Part shown: positions 31,819 through 41,851 of the stretch, piece by piece
How positions within the stretch are numbered: position 1 is the stretch's first letter
Layout of the letters: every line of letters starts with the position of its first letter
NCBI GenBank assembly: GCA_036012755.1
Contig: DASCPX010000107.1
Location: 1 to 64,000 of the forward strand
Source: Myxococcota bacterium
Lineage (GTDB): Bacteria > Myxococcota_A > UBA796 > CAJQPC01
Length of the DNA: 64,000 nucleotides
Direction of reading: 5' to 3'
Made by a program: the position numbers and the translations under genes
Notes under the pieces: model-generated
What the model saw: only the letters and a program-made list of their open reading frames with translations
What the model was told of the DNA's origin: nothing
Databases searched by the model: none

Positions 31819-33635
31819 TGCTCGAGCGCCTCCAGGAGCTCCAGCATCTCCTCGGGAGAGGGCTGCTGACCGGGAATGACGGGAGCCAGCTCCGGGGCGC
31901 CGCCCACACCGAGCATCGCGAAGAGGTCCTTGGGCGACATGCCGAGGAACTTCATGCCCTGCTCCAGGCCCTCGGCCATCTCTTCGCCGAGCAGGATGCG
32001 CAGGGCGGCGTGACCCTCCGGATCCAGGCCGAAGTCCTCGTCGCCCCAGGCCTCCTTCCACCATCGGCGACCCTTGCCGGTGGCATCCGTGGCGCCGTGG
32101 CGTTCCAGGGAGCTCAGCCAGTCCTCTGTCCCTACCAGCTCCCAGGCGTGCTCCTCTGTGGCGGCGCGGAGGGCGCGATCGAGGGCGTCGCGGCCGAGGT
32201 CCTCTTCCAGGTCGACGTAGAGGTAGGGCGCCTTGCCGTAGACCAGGGCGGCGTACTCCAGGGTGGAGGAGAAGCTGGTCGTCGGTCGCGCAGCGGCTGC
32301 GTCCTGGCCGTCCATGAGCCGGAACAGGGCGAAGTTGGCCTTGACGCTCCGGTCGCGCAGGTCGTCCCCGAGCACAGTGCCTGCGAGGTACTGGGCCAGC
32401 GGCTCGTCGAGGGCGGGCTGGTCGTGGGCGTCGCTGCCGACCAGACCCGGGAACCACTGGTGAGCGACCTCGTGGGCGACGACGAAGCGGCGCTGCTCGG
32501 CCACGACGGCGGTCATGTCGGGCACGCCCATGCCCATGCCGCCCATCTGCTGGAGCATCTGGTAGGTCGGATCCTGGCTCGTGGTCGGGTCGCGGTAGAG
32601 GAAGCCGGCGACGAGGATCAGCGAGGAGAACTCGACCCCTCCGGCCCCTCCGGTCAAGGTCGCCTCGACGACGTCGAGCTCCGTGAAGGGGTAGTCGGCG
32701 ATGCGCTCGTCGAGGGCCTGGAGGCTCATCGTCGCGTCGGCGAGGGCTGCGTCGGTGGCCTGGGCGTCCCGGGAGAGCCCCCAGCTGCGCACGAGCACAT
32801 CGCCGAGCCGTCGCTCGGAGACGTGGAAGTCCCGCGACGCGATGAGGACCAGGTCGCGCGCCCCGACCCCGACGCCCTCGACGACCTGGACGTCGCCCTC
32901 TACCTTTGGCTCGGAGTCGACGAGGTTGGTGACCACGCGAAGGCCCACCGGAGTGACGACCCGGACGTCGAAGGCCAGCGGTGCGTTCCAGGCGAGGTCG
33001 CCGATGCCGCTGGGAGGCGGGGTCTGGAAGGCGCCGTCGCGGTACGGGGCGATGGTCGGGAAGGCGCTCGCGGCGGTCAAGAGCCCGTCTCCCTGGCCGA
33101 GCAGGCCGTAGTCCGCGGCCTCGATGGGCCCCTGGGACATGCCGGCGGATGCCTGGGCCCAGACGTCGTTGGTCTCGGTGGTCAGGAGCTTCAGGGTCCC
33201 GCCGAACTCCACCTCGATGGCCACCTGTCCGCCCGGGGGGATCGGCGAGGCGAAGTCCAGCTCTGCCAGGGTCGGCCTCACCGATCGAAGGGTCGCGCCC
33301 GGGCTCTCCGCCCGCCGAAGCTCCAGGCTGGCGGTGGTCGCGGCCCCCAGCTCCTTCGGGGCGTTCGGGTGCAACAACAGCGGCAGCGTCGAGATCGGCC
33401 CGTCGGTCGTGTTGGTCCAGGTGATGGTGCCGCGACCCTCGTAGCGGTTCGCCACGTCCGAGATCGACAGGTCCAGCTCGTAGCGGGGGAGCACATGGAG
33501 GGGCCCGACGACCTCGATGAAGCCCTCCGCGTCACGCAGGAGCTCCGCGCCGGGGACCTCTACGACCTCGACGACCTGCTCCACCGGCGCCACCGGTTCC
33601 TCCGCTGCCTTGCTGAAACAGGCGAGCCACCACAT
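31815..33635 (-). CDS. M1-family (gluzincin) metallopeptidase, probable lipoprotein
   Basis: GGVEF exopeptidase-like motif, HEVAH-x18-E, VYGK; MWWLAC N-terminus. Confidence 0.85.
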   Translation of the reverse strand: MWWLACFSKAAEEPVAPVEQVVEVVEVPGAELLRDAEGFIEVVGPLHVLPRYELDLSISDVANRYEGRGTITWTNTTDGPISTLPLLLHPNAPKELGAATTASLELRRAESPGATLRSVRPTLAELDFASPIPPGGQVAIEVEFGGTLKLLTTETNDVWAQASAGMSQGPIEAADYGLLGQGDGLLTAASAFPTIAPYRDGAFQTPPPSGIGDLAWNAPLAFDVRVVTPVGLRVVTNLVDSEPKVEGDVQVVEGVGVGARDLVLIASRDFHVSERRLGDVLVRSWGLSRDAQATDAALADATMSLQALDERIADYPFTELDVVEATLTGGAGGVEFSSLILVAGFLYRDPTTSQDPTYQMLQQMGGMGMGVPDMTAVVAEQRRFVVAHEVAHQWFPGLVGSDAHDQPALDEPLAQYLAGTVLGDDLRDRSVKANFALFRLMDGQDAAAARPTTSFSSTLEYAALVYGKAPYLYVDLEEDLGRDALDRALRAATEEHAWELVGTEDWLSSLERHGATDATGKGRRWWKEAWGDEDFGLDPEGHAALRILLGEEMAEGLEQGMKFLGMSPKDLFAMLGVGGAPELAPVIPGQQPSPEEMLELLEALEQ

Positions 33636-33759
33636 GCCCAAGTAAACCAGTGAATCGGTCAATCAGTGAACCAGCGATGGTGCATCGCGCCGTTTGACGA
33701 TCCTGCGAACCTGGCCAGCCACCGGCTGGAGGTGAGACGCCAGCGGGCTATGAGCGGGC

Positions 33760-34731
33760 ATGAAGCCCGACGCATACAAGGAAGCTGGGGTGGACATCGA
33801 CGCCGGCGAGGCCGTTGTCGAGGGGATCCGCGAGGCCGTGCGCAGCACTGGCAGGCCAGAGGTGCTCGGGGGCATCGGCGGCTTCGGCGGGCTCTTCGCC
33901 CTGGGCAAGTACCGCGAGCCGGTGCTGGTGAGCGGGACCGACGGGGTCGGGACCAAGCTGCTGGTCGCTCAGCGCCTCGGGCGACACGGGAGCATCGGCG
34001 TCGACCTGGTCGCCATGTGCGTCAACGACATCGCGGTCGTCGGTGCCGAGCCGCTGTTCTTCCTCGACTACTTCGCCACGGGAAAGCTCGCGCCCGATGT
34101 CGCCGTCGAGGTCGTCGAGGGCATCGCCGAGGGCTGTCGCCAGGCTGGCTGCGCGCTCATCGGCGGCGAGACCGCAGAGATGCCGGGCATGTACGGGCCC
34201 GGACACTACGACCTCGCCGGCTTCGCCGTGGGCGTCGTCGAGCGCGACGAGCTCCTCGACGGCTCGGACATCCAGGCCGGGGACGTGCTCGTGGGCTTGC
34301 CCAGCTCCGGGCTGCACAGCAATGGCTACTCGCTGGTCCGGCGGATCGTCGAGGACCTCGACTGGGAGTCCGAGTACGAGCTCGGCCGCCCCCTCGGGGA
34401 GGTGCTGCTCGAGCCGACGCGGATCTACGTGCGCGAGGTCCTCGCGGCCCGGGATGCCAAGGGCTTCGTCCACGTCACTGGCGGCGGCTTCTACGAGAAC
34501 CTGCCGCGGGTCTTGCCCGAGGGCCTGGGCTGCTCCGTCGAGGTGGGGTCGTGGTCCGTGCCGCCGATCTTCGATCTCCTCGCCAGCCACGGCGGGCTGA
34601 GCACACGCGAGCTCTACCGCACCTTCAACATGGGCATCGGCATGGTCGCGGTGATGCCCCCGGGAGAGACCCTCGACGGGGGCGTGGTCATCGGCGAGGT
34701 CGTCGCCGGTGAGGGCGTGGTCCTGCGATGA
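33760..34731 (+). CDS. purM: Phosphoribosylformylglycinamidine cyclo-ligase
   Basis: [45 protein letters not shown]. Confidence 0.97.
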   Translation: MKPDAYKEAGVDIDAGEAVVEGIREAVRSTGRPEVLGGIGGFGGLFALGKYREPVLVSGTDGVGTKLLVAQRLGRHGSIGVDLVAMCVNDIAVVGAEPLFFLDYFATGKLAPDVAVEVVEGIAEGCRQAGCALIGGETAEMPGMYGPGHYDLAGFAVGVVERDELLDGSDIQAGDVLVGLPSSGLHSNGYSLVRRIVEDLDWESEYELGRPLGEVLLEPTRIYVREVLAARDAKGFVHVTGGGFYENLPRVLPEGLGCSVEVGSWSVPPIFDLLASHGGLSTRELYRTFNMGIGMVAVMPPGETLDGGVVIGEVVAGEGVVLR

Positions 34732-35357
34732 GCGTCGTCGGGGTCCTGCTCTCCGGCGGCGGGACGAACCTCCAGGCCCTCATCGACGCGACGAAGAGCG
34801 AGGACTTCCCTGGCCGGATCGGGGTCGTCATCTCGAACCGACCAAAGGCCCATGGGCTGGAGCGTGCCAGGGTCGCGGGCATCCCCGCGGTCCACATCGG
34901 CCACCGCAAGTACCCCTCTCGCGAGGCCTTCGAAGAGGCCCTGACCGACTGCCTGCGTGCCCACGACGTCGAGTGGGTGGCCTGCGCCGGCTTCATGCGC
35001 ATCCTCACGCCGACCTTCCTGGCCGCCTGGCCGGACCGGGTCCTGAACATCCACCCGGCGCTCTTGCCCGCCTTCCCCGGCGTCGACGCCCAGGGCCAGG
35101 CCCACGCTCGGGGCGTGCGAGTCGCCGGAGCCACCGTGCACTTCCTCGACCCCGGCACCGACACTGGCCCGATCGTCGCCCAGGCCGCGGTCCCGGTGCT
35201 GCCCGACGACGACCGCGATGCCCTGCAAGGGCGCATCCTCGAAAAGGAGCACGTCCTGTACCCGATGTGCCTGCGCATGGCGGTCGAGGGTCGCCTGCGC
35301 GTCGTCGGAGGCCGCGTCGAGGTCGACCTGCGAGACGGAGAGAGCCTGCTGCTGTGA
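34728..35357 (+). CDS. purN: Phosphoribosylglycinamide formyltransferase
   Basis: [34 protein letters not shown]. Confidence 0.97.
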   Translation: MSVVGVLLSGGGTNLQALIDATKSEDFPGRIGVVISNRPKAHGLERARVAGIPAVHIGHRKYPSREAFEEALTDCLRAHDVEWVACAGFMRILTPTFLAAWPDRVLNIHPALLPAFPGVDAQGQAHARGVRVAGATVHFLDPGTDTGPIVAQAAVPVLPDDDRDALQGRILEKEHVLYPMCLRMAVEGRLRVVGGRVEVDLRDGESLLL

Positions 35358-35438
35358 GCCCGTAGGGGCTCTGCGGTGCCGGAGCCCGACGCCTGGTAGC
35401 TCCCGTCGCACCAACACGGCGCGCCGTCTCAGGGCGGG

Positions 35439-35939
35439 CTACTCGCCTCCGCCGTCGTCTCCGGTCTCTGTCGGGGTCCAGCCCGTAGCGACGCCGATGT
35501 TGCTGGGCTCGGCCTCCGAGTCCGTGATGCGCACGGCGAAGTCCATCTCCGTGTCGTAGGGGATGGAGCCGCCGACCTGCAGGTAGAGGCCGAGGTTCTC
35601 TGCGGTCTCGTTGCAGGCGGCGCTGTCTTGCCGAGGGGTCCAGGTCTTGTCTCCGGCGGCTGTGCCGCTGGTGTCGACCGCGCCGTCGGGGGTCTCGTCC
35701 CACCAGATCTCCATGGTCACGACGTCGAGGTTGCCGTCGGCGTCCTCTGTGTCGGCCCAGATCAGGATCGTGGGGTAGGGCGTGCCCTCGAAGTCCTGGA
35801 CTCCGCCGTTCTCGAGCGCGACCTCGTTGATCACGGGGTCGTTGCCGAAGCACTCCAGGGTCGAGTCGTCGCCGCCCAGGGGCGGGACGTTGCTGTCGCC
35901 GGCCGGCTTGTCGCAGGAAAGGAAAAGGAGCAGTGACAT
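35439..35939 (-). CDS. Acidic lipoprotein, hypothetical
   Basis: GGAGG RBS, MSLLLFLSC, beta-rich with DADGNL and ITDSE..PSN. Confidence 0.6.
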   Translation of the reverse strand: MSLLLFLSCDKPAGDSNVPPLGGDDSTLECFGNDPVINEVALENGGVQDFEGTPYPTILIWADTEDADGNLDVVTMEIWWDETPDGAVDTSGTAAGDKTWTPRQDSAACNETAENLGLYLQVGGSIPYDTEMDFAVRITDSEAEPSNIGVATGWTPTETGDDGGGE

Positions 35940-35959
35940 CGAAGTCCTCCGAGCCCAGA

Positions 35960-35968
35960 AAGCTATCA
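35960..35968 (-). promoter_or_regulatory. Putative extended -10 (TGATAGCTT) for the 35939 lipoprotein gene
   Basis: TGnTAnnnT about 20 nt upstream of the ATG, RBS in between. Confidence 0.45.
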
Positions 35969-35986
35969 CCGGCGTTAGTGGCCGGC

Positions 35987-36778
35987 ATGGCCGACCGCCC
36001 CGGCACCCTCACCCGCGTCTACCGTTACCTCCGAGGTCAGCTCGGCAGCGTGCGCCGTGTGTACGTGAAGGGCAACGGCATCGTGCGACGGGGAGACCTC
36101 GGGAACAGGCCCCAGACCGTGCTGATGTTGCACGGCTTCATGCAGACCAGGGCCGTCTGGCAGGTCATGGAGGATCGGCTCCGCTACGATGGCTACGGCG
36201 TCTTCAGCTTCGACCTCGGTGGCCTCTTCTACCGCTTCAACACGGAGTCCATCGACACGCTCGGCGAGCGGGTCGCCGAGAAGATCGAGGGCATCTGCCA
36301 GCGCTACGACCTGTCGGGCTTCCACGTCATCGGCCACAGCAAGGGCGGCATCATCGCCCGGCACTACGTGCAGAACCACGGCGGTGATCGGCGGGTGCGG
36401 AGCCTCATCACCCTCGGCTCGCCCCACCACGGCACGCCCACGGCCCTGCTCGGCGTCGCGATGTTCGGTGGCGGGCTGATCTCCAAGAGCCCCTGGGAGA
36501 TGCTGCCCAAGAGCCGCCTCATCAGCGACCTCGCCCAGGACACCTTCCCTTCACACATCCCCCTGGTCAGCGTCTACTCGAAGGCCGACCTGGTCTGCCC
36601 CTACTGGTGCAGCGTCCTGCGACCGCGCCAGGGGGAGACCTCGATGAAGAACATCGAGATCGAGGGGCTCGGTCACACCCAGCTCTGCCACGCCCCGAAG
36701 GTCTACCTGGCGGTGCGCAAGGAGCTCGACGCCGCCTCGCAGGTCTGGCGAGAGCGCCAGAGCGTCCAGCTAGTCTGA
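35987..36778 (+). CDS. Alpha/beta hydrolase (lipase/esterase)
   Basis: LHGF oxyanion motif, GHSKGG nucleophile elbow, ITLGSPHHGT, D and GH triad candidates. Confidence 0.88.
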   Translation: MADRPGTLTRVYRYLRGQLGSVRRVYVKGNGIVRRGDLGNRPQTVLMLHGFMQTRAVWQVMEDRLRYDGYGVFSFDLGGLFYRFNTESIDTLGERVAEKIEGICQRYDLSGFHVIGHSKGGIIARHYVQNHGGDRRVRSLITLGSPHHGTPTALLGVAMFGGGLISKSPWEMLPKSRLISDLAQDTFPSHIPLVSVYSKADLVCPYWCSVLRPRQGETSMKNIEIEGLGHTQLCHAPKVYLAVRKELDAASQVWRERQSVQLV

Positions 36779-38440
36779 GGGAGCCTCTGGCGGGGTGACC
36801 GTGCCGCTCTCGTCGATCGAGAGGCAGCAGCGGAAGGTGAGGGTGCTCTCCGCGTAGTCGGCGTCCTCGTCAACGCTGAACGCACAGCGGGCCCCGCGCT
36901 CGGGGTTGCCGCGCTGACCACCCTTCACGATCTTGCGGTTCGGCCGTCCCGAGGGCGAGCTGTCGCTCCACTCCCGGAAGCCGCCGCTCATGTCGAAGAC
37001 GCCATAGCCGCTGACGCAGTCGCCGCGGCTGCCCAGCTTGTAGGGTTCGTCCATGGCGCTGCCGCACATGGTGCCGTCCCAGGTGTCGCCGTAGGTGTAG
37101 ATGTAATTCCCGGGCCCCTTGCAGGCCTTCTCCCACTCCAGCGCCGTGCAGAGGCGCTTGTGGACCTTCGCGCAGGCCTCCTCGGCCTCGGTGTATGAGA
37201 CCTTGCCCGCTGGCAGCTGCTCTGGGCGGTTGGGGAACTCGTAGCGATCGATGTAGAAGTCCGAGACCTTCGAGACCTTGCGGAGGGGCTCGCTCGGCGA
37301 GGCCATCGTGCCGTCCTCGCTGGCGAGTCGCCCCTGGACGAAGGTCCCGCCCGGGATCCACACCATGTCCGGCTGCGCCTTGATCATCGTCTGGACGATG
37401 GCGTCGCTCGGCAGCGGGTTGTCGGACAAGAGCTGCTTGCGGACGAGCTCGTCCTCTTCGGTCTTCGAGAGGTTGGGGTCCGAGGGCTCGCGGCTCCCGA
37501 TGTAGAGGCCGGCGAGAGAGACCACCGCGATGCCGATGCCGATGCCGATGAGGATGTTCTTCAGCGAGGTCTTCTTCGGCCCGCCCTGCATCTCCAGGTT
37601 GAAGGAGCGCTGGATGTCGAAGACCATGTCCTTCGCGGTCGGATAGCGGTCGCCCTGGTCCGGCGACAGCCCCAGCTCGACGAGGTGGTCGACGTGATCT
37701 GGGAGGTCCTCGCGGATCTGGGTGGGGGAGAGGAAGGTCCCGCGGGGGACCTGGCCGCAGAGCAGCTCGTAGAGCACGACGCCCACGGAGTAGATGTCGG
37801 CCTGGGGCGTGCCATCGCTGCCGAAGCCGGAGAGCTCGGGCGCGAGGTAGGGCGAGTCCATGTGGGAGCTGTAGCGATCGCCGATGGCCTCTGGATCGAA
37901 CATGTCGACCATGCCGAGATCGCTGAGCTTCACGGTGCGCACGACCTTCGAACCGCCAGGTCCCGAGCGCTGGGTGTGGACCAGGATGTTCTCGGGCTTC
38001 AGGTTGCGATGGATGAGCCCTTCGTCGTGGCCGACCTGCAGGGACTCCAGCACCTTGATGACGATCTGGCAGGCGTCCTGCAGCGTGAAGGCCTGGTCGC
38101 TGCCGAGGTACTCGTCGATCACCTGTCGCAGCGACTGGGACTTGAAGTACTCCTGGACGAGGTAGGTGAGGCCGTTGTGCTCGTTGATCTCGCCGTAGCG
38201 GACCAGGCCGGCGTGGCGGATTCGCTTGGCGGCCGCGAAGGACTTCTTCAGGCGCTCGTTGGCGCCCGCGCTGTCCATTAGGTGCGGCTGGACGAACTTC
38301 AGCGCCACGTGCTTGCCGCTGGCGATGTGCCGGGCGAGGTAGGTCTTGCCGAAGACCCCGTCCCCCAGGTGGTTCTCGATCTCGTACTTGCGGGAGACGA
38401 CGTCCCCGCGCGCGAATGTCAGCCTCGAATCGTCAGCCAA
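36770..38440 (-). CDS. Ser/Thr protein kinase-like (HRN pseudokinase) - TM - FGE-sulfatase/SUMF1-like domain
   Basis: LGDGVFG, VALK, HRNLKPEN, DLG, YLAPE, DIYSVG; TM IGIGIGIAVVSLAGLY; MVWIPGG, FYIDRYE, KRLCT..EWEKAC, DMSG..EW, FRCC. TTG start with GGAG RBS. Confidence 0.88.
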   Translation of the reverse strand: MADDSRLTFARGDVVSRKYEIENHLGDGVFGKTYLARHIASGKHVALKFVQPHLMDSAGANERLKKSFAAAKRIRHAGLVRYGEINEHNGLTYLVQEYFKSQSLRQVIDEYLGSDQAFTLQDACQIVIKVLESLQVGHDEGLIHRNLKPENILVHTQRSGPGGSKVVRTVKLSDLGMVDMFDPEAIGDRYSSHMDSPYLAPELSGFGSDGTPQADIYSVGVVLYELLCGQVPRGTFLSPTQIREDLPDHVDHLVELGLSPDQGDRYPTAKDMVFDIQRSFNLEMQGGPKKTSLKNILIGIGIGIAVVSLAGLYIGSREPSDPNLSKTEEDELVRKQLLSDNPLPSDAIVQTMIKAQPDMVWIPGGTFVQGRLASEDGTMASPSEPLRKVSKVSDFYIDRYEFPNRPEQLPAGKVSYTEAEEACAKVHKRLCTALEWEKACKGPGNYIYTYGDTWDGTMCGSAMDEPYKLGSRGDCVSGYGVFDMSGGFREWSDSSPSGRPNRKIVKGGQRGNPERGARCAFSVDEDADYAESTLTFRCCLSIDESGTVTPPEAPSD

Positions 38441-38495
38441 ACCTGCTACTCCAGGGGGTCCTCGGGCGGGTGCCGAGCGAGCTTTCAACGATGCG

Positions 38496-38504
38496 AAGGT
38501 AGCA
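38496..38504 (-). promoter_or_regulatory. Putative extended -10 (TGCTACCTT) for the pseudokinase gene
   Basis: TGnTAnnnT in the intergenic gap. Confidence 0.45.
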
Positions 38505-38529
38505 CAGCGGAGTCCCCGGGAATCGGCGG

Positions 38530-40230
38530 TCAGCCGGTGAAGAAGCGCAACAGCGCGCTCGCACGCCGCCTCCACCACTCTGGTCTGAGCTGATCACCGA
38601 AGAGCGTCACCGTGACCAGACCCGCCCACATGCCGACCGCGACGATCAACACCAGCCACCCGAAGATGAACAGCAGCGGGACGTCGCCGGGCATCGGGTT
38701 CCAGGTCGTGATCAGCAGCGTGCCCGACACCAACAGCGCCATGGCGCACAGGGCGAGGGAGACCCGGAGCGCAGCGAGGCGGATCTCGACCCGAAGCTCC
38801 GCTGACTCGGGGTCCCGGGTGACGACGCGCAGCTGACCGCGCTCGAGGTCCAACAACAGCTGGTTGAGCTGGGTCGGGAGCTGCTTGAAGCCCCCCTGGG
38901 CCTGGATCAGGAGGCGCATCAGGTCGGCGCTGACCCGCTCGGGGTCGAGGCGCTGGGTCATCATCCGCTTGGCGTGGGGCCGGATCAGCTCGACGGGATC
39001 CGACTCCGGCGCGCGCTGCCGCAGGATGCCGTCCACGATCGAGCAGGCGCGGACGAGCAGGGCGTACTCCGGAACGAGCTTGATCTGGTACTTCGAGGCC
39101 ACCTGGATGAACTCCACGAGGCTGGCCTGGGTGGAGAGGTCCGCGAGGGAGGCCCCGTGGTACTTCTGCATCAGCCGCGCGATCTCGCCTCGGAACTGCT
39201 TGAGGTCCACGCGTCCCTCGATGCCACCCGAGTGGTAGATGCTCAAGCTCAAGGTCTCGGCGTCCTGGAAGACCAGCGAGACCACGCAGGTGACGAGCAC
39301 GTGGCGCATCTCGGCGGTCAGCGAGCCACACATGCCGAAGTCGAGGAAGGCGAGGCGACCGTCCTCTGTCACCAGGAGGTTCCCCGGGTGGGGGTCCGCG
39401 TGGAAGAAGCCGTGGTCGAAGATCTGGGCGACCGTGGCGTCGACGAGTCGGTGCAGCGTGGGGCGGAGGCGGCCGTCGTCGTCGCCCACGGCGCTCAGCG
39501 GGGTGCCGACGATCCGCTCCATCACCAGGACACGGCTCGAGGACCAGCGCCCGTGGATCGCGGGCACGACGATCCACTCGTCGTCCTCGAAGCACTCGGC
39601 GAAGCGGACGGCGTTGCGGCCCTCCTGGAGGAAGTCGAGCTCCTCGTGGATGGCTCGCTCGAGCTCGCGCACGATGGCGACCGGGGTGTAGACGCCGGGC
39701 AGGCTGATCCGGCCCTCGATCAAGGTCGCCATGGTGTGGAGGATGTGGAGATCGGAGCGGATCGTGGCCGGGATGCCGGGACGCTGGATCTTCACCGCCA
39801 CCTCTCGCCCGTCCCGGAGCTCCGCGAAGTGCACCTGGGCGATGGAAGCCGAGGCGACCGCCTCCGTCTCGAACTCGCCGAAGGTCTCGTCGAGGACGTC
39901 TGCGCCGAGCTCGTCGACGAGGACCTCGCGGGCCTGCTCCCAGCTCACTGGAGGGACCTCGTCCTGGAGCTTCTGGAGCTCCATGATCAAGGCCGGGGGC
40001 ACCATGTCCGGGCGCACGGAGAGGATCTGGCCGAGCTTCACGAAGGTGGGGCCCAGATCGATGAGGACCCCGCGGATCCGGCTGGCCCACGGCTCGGTGG
40101 TCTCGCCGACCTCGACGTCGGTGTACTGCTCCCAGCCCGCGGCGCTGAGGAAGCCACCGAAGCCGTGATTGGCGAGCACCCCCGCGATCTCGCGGACGCG
40201 GCCAAGGTCGCTGACGTCGATGTGAGCCAT
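38530..40230 (-). CDS. ABC1/UbiB (AarF) family atypical kinase
   Basis: LGPTFVKLGQILS.RPD, ASASIAQVH, VAVKIQRP, ELDF..EG, FFHADPHPGN, LDFGM; two C-terminal TMs. Confidence 0.93.
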   Translation of the reverse strand: MAHIDVSDLGRVREIAGVLANHGFGGFLSAAGWEQYTDVEVGETTEPWASRIRGVLIDLGPTFVKLGQILSVRPDMVPPALIMELQKLQDEVPPVSWEQAREVLVDELGADVLDETFGEFETEAVASASIAQVHFAELRDGREVAVKIQRPGIPATIRSDLHILHTMATLIEGRISLPGVYTPVAIVRELERAIHEELDFLQEGRNAVRFAECFEDDEWIVVPAIHGRWSSSRVLVMERIVGTPLSAVGDDDGRLRPTLHRLVDATVAQIFDHGFFHADPHPGNLLVTEDGRLAFLDFGMCGSLTAEMRHVLVTCVVSLVFQDAETLSLSIYHSGGIEGRVDLKQFRGEIARLMQKYHGASLADLSTQASLVEFIQVASKYQIKLVPEYALLVRACSIVDGILRQRAPESDPVELIRPHAKRMMTQRLDPERVSADLMRLLIQAQGGFKQLPTQLNQLLLDLERGQLRVVTRDPESAELRVEIRLAALRVSLALCAMALLVSGTLLITTWNPMPGDVPLLFIFGWLVLIVAVGMWAGLVTVTLFGDQLRPEWWRRRASALLRFFTG

Positions 40231-40238
40231 GGAGGCGG

Positions 40239-40244
40239 AGCATA
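40239..40244 (-). promoter_or_regulatory. Putative -10 (TATGCT) 8 nt before the ABC1 kinase ATG; leaderless candidate
   Basis: TAnnnT hexamer followed by CCGCCTCC then ATG, no SD. Confidence 0.5.
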
Positions 40245-40259
40245 GCCCCGCACGGAGCG

Positions 40260-41753
40260 TCAGTAGGCGCGGGCGAAGATCGCGATGCGGTTCGCGGGCT
40301 TGCCGCTGTAGAAGCAGCTTCGGCCCTCGATGTCCTGCTCGCCGATGGGGAAGCAGCGGAGGCTGGCCTTCGTCTCGGCCTTGATCGTGGCCTCTGCTTC
40401 TGCGTCGTCGAACCAGGGCACGAGGTACCACCCACCGCGCTCGGCCAGCTTCGTCTTGAAGTCGTCGTAGGAGCTGACCTCGTGGGTGTTGTCATCGCGG
40501 AAGCGGCGGGCGCTCTCGAGGAGCTCCGCTTGCATGTTCTCGAGCACGGAGGTGACCGCTTCGGCGCAGCCCTCCAGGGGGATGCCGAAGCGGTCGCCGC
40601 CCGTGCGCTTCTTGCAGAAGGCGGCGCCCTTGGCGACGTCGCGAGGCCCTACCTCCATGCGGAGGCAGACACCCTTGCGCTCCCACTCGTAGTACTTGGC
40701 GCCTGGCTTCATGTTCTCGCGGGCATCGACGTGGACGCGGACGCCGGAAGCGGCGAGGGCCGCCTGGATCGACCGCGCGAAGTCGAGGACCGCGTCTCTG
40801 TCCCGGTCCTTGCGCCAGATCGCGACCACGACGACCTGGATTGGCGCGATCCTGGGGGGCAGGACCAGGCCGATGTCGTCCGAGTGGGTCATGATCAGGG
40901 CCCCCACCAGGCGGGTGCTGACACCCCAGGAGGTGGCCCAGACGAGCTCGCGCTCGCCCCGGCTGTTCTGGAAGGTGACGTCGAAGGCGCGGGCGAAGTT
41001 CTGGCCGAGGAAGTGGGACGTCCCAGCCTGCAGAGCCCAGCGGTTCTGCATCATCGCTTCGATCGTGTAGGTGTCCTCTGCGCCGGCGAAGCGCTCGGTC
41101 TCGGACTTCAGCCCGGGCACGACGGGGATCGCCAGGGTCTCGTGGGCGAAGTCGGTGTAGACCTGCAGCATCTGCTCGGTCTCGGCGACGGCCTCGTCTC
41201 GGGTCGCGTGGGCCGTGTGGCCCTCCTGCCAGAGGAACTCGGCGGTGCGCAGGAAGGGGCGGGTCTTGAGCTCCCAGCGGACGACGTTGGCCCACTGGTT
41301 GATGAGCAGGGGCAGGTCGCGCCAGCTGTCGATCCACTTGCCGTACATGTGCCAGATGATGGTCTCGCTGGTGGGGCGGACGATCAGGGGCTCCTCCAGC
41401 TTCGCGGCCGGGTCGGGCTCGCAGCGGACCTTGCCGTCGGCGTCTGTGACGGCGCGCAGGCGGTGGTGCGTGATGACCGCGCACTCCTTGGCGAAGCCCT
41501 CGACGTGCTGGGCCTCGCGGGAGAGGAACTCCTGGGGGATGAACAGCGGGAAGTAGGCGTTGACGTGGCCGGTGGCCTTGAAGCGCGCGTCGAGATCGAC
41601 CTTGATGTTCTCCCAGATCGCGAAGCCGTGGGGACGCAGCACCATGCAGCCCTTCACGGGGCCGTAGTCGGCCAGCTGGGCTTCGCGGATGACGTCGAGG
41701 TACCAGGCGCTGTAGTCCTCTGCGCGGGGCTTGATGGTGTTCTCCTGGGCCAT
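40260..41753 (-). CDS. proS: Proline--tRNA ligase, archaeal/eukaryotic-like type (no INS editing domain)
   Basis: YFPLFIP, HVEGFAKE, RPTSET, NQWANVVRWE, FLWQEGHT, QAGTSH.LGQNF, terminal FARAY. Confidence 0.96.
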   Translation of the reverse strand: MAQENTIKPRAEDYSAWYLDVIREAQLADYGPVKGCMVLRPHGFAIWENIKVDLDARFKATGHVNAYFPLFIPQEFLSREAQHVEGFAKECAVITHHRLRAVTDADGKVRCEPDPAAKLEEPLIVRPTSETIIWHMYGKWIDSWRDLPLLINQWANVVRWELKTRPFLRTAEFLWQEGHTAHATRDEAVAETEQMLQVYTDFAHETLAIPVVPGLKSETERFAGAEDTYTIEAMMQNRWALQAGTSHFLGQNFARAFDVTFQNSRGERELVWATSWGVSTRLVGALIMTHSDDIGLVLPPRIAPIQVVVVAIWRKDRDRDAVLDFARSIQAALAASGVRVHVDARENMKPGAKYYEWERKGVCLRMEVGPRDVAKGAAFCKKRTGGDRFGIPLEGCAEAVTSVLENMQAELLESARRFRDDNTHEVSSYDDFKTKLAERGGWYLVPWFDDAEAEATIKAETKASLRCFPIGEQDIEGRSCFYSGKPANRIAIFARAY

Positions 41754-41851
41754 CCGGGCTTCCTTGCGGCGGGGTGGGCGTTTAACGCGAATGCCACTCT
41801 GCGCACCGTTGTCGACGAGTTAAGCCCGCGCGCCCGGGAGTAGAGGTCACC

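Noticed and set aside
36770..37400. FGE/CLec-fold domain as a diversity-generating retroelement target
   Set aside because: No reverse transcriptase and no template/variable repeat pair seen in the window.
41841..41851. TAGAGG 5 nt before tkt as a leaderless promoter
   Set aside because: TTG start and GAGG/GGAG fit a normal Shine-Dalgarno better; another TA motif lies further upstream at 41821.
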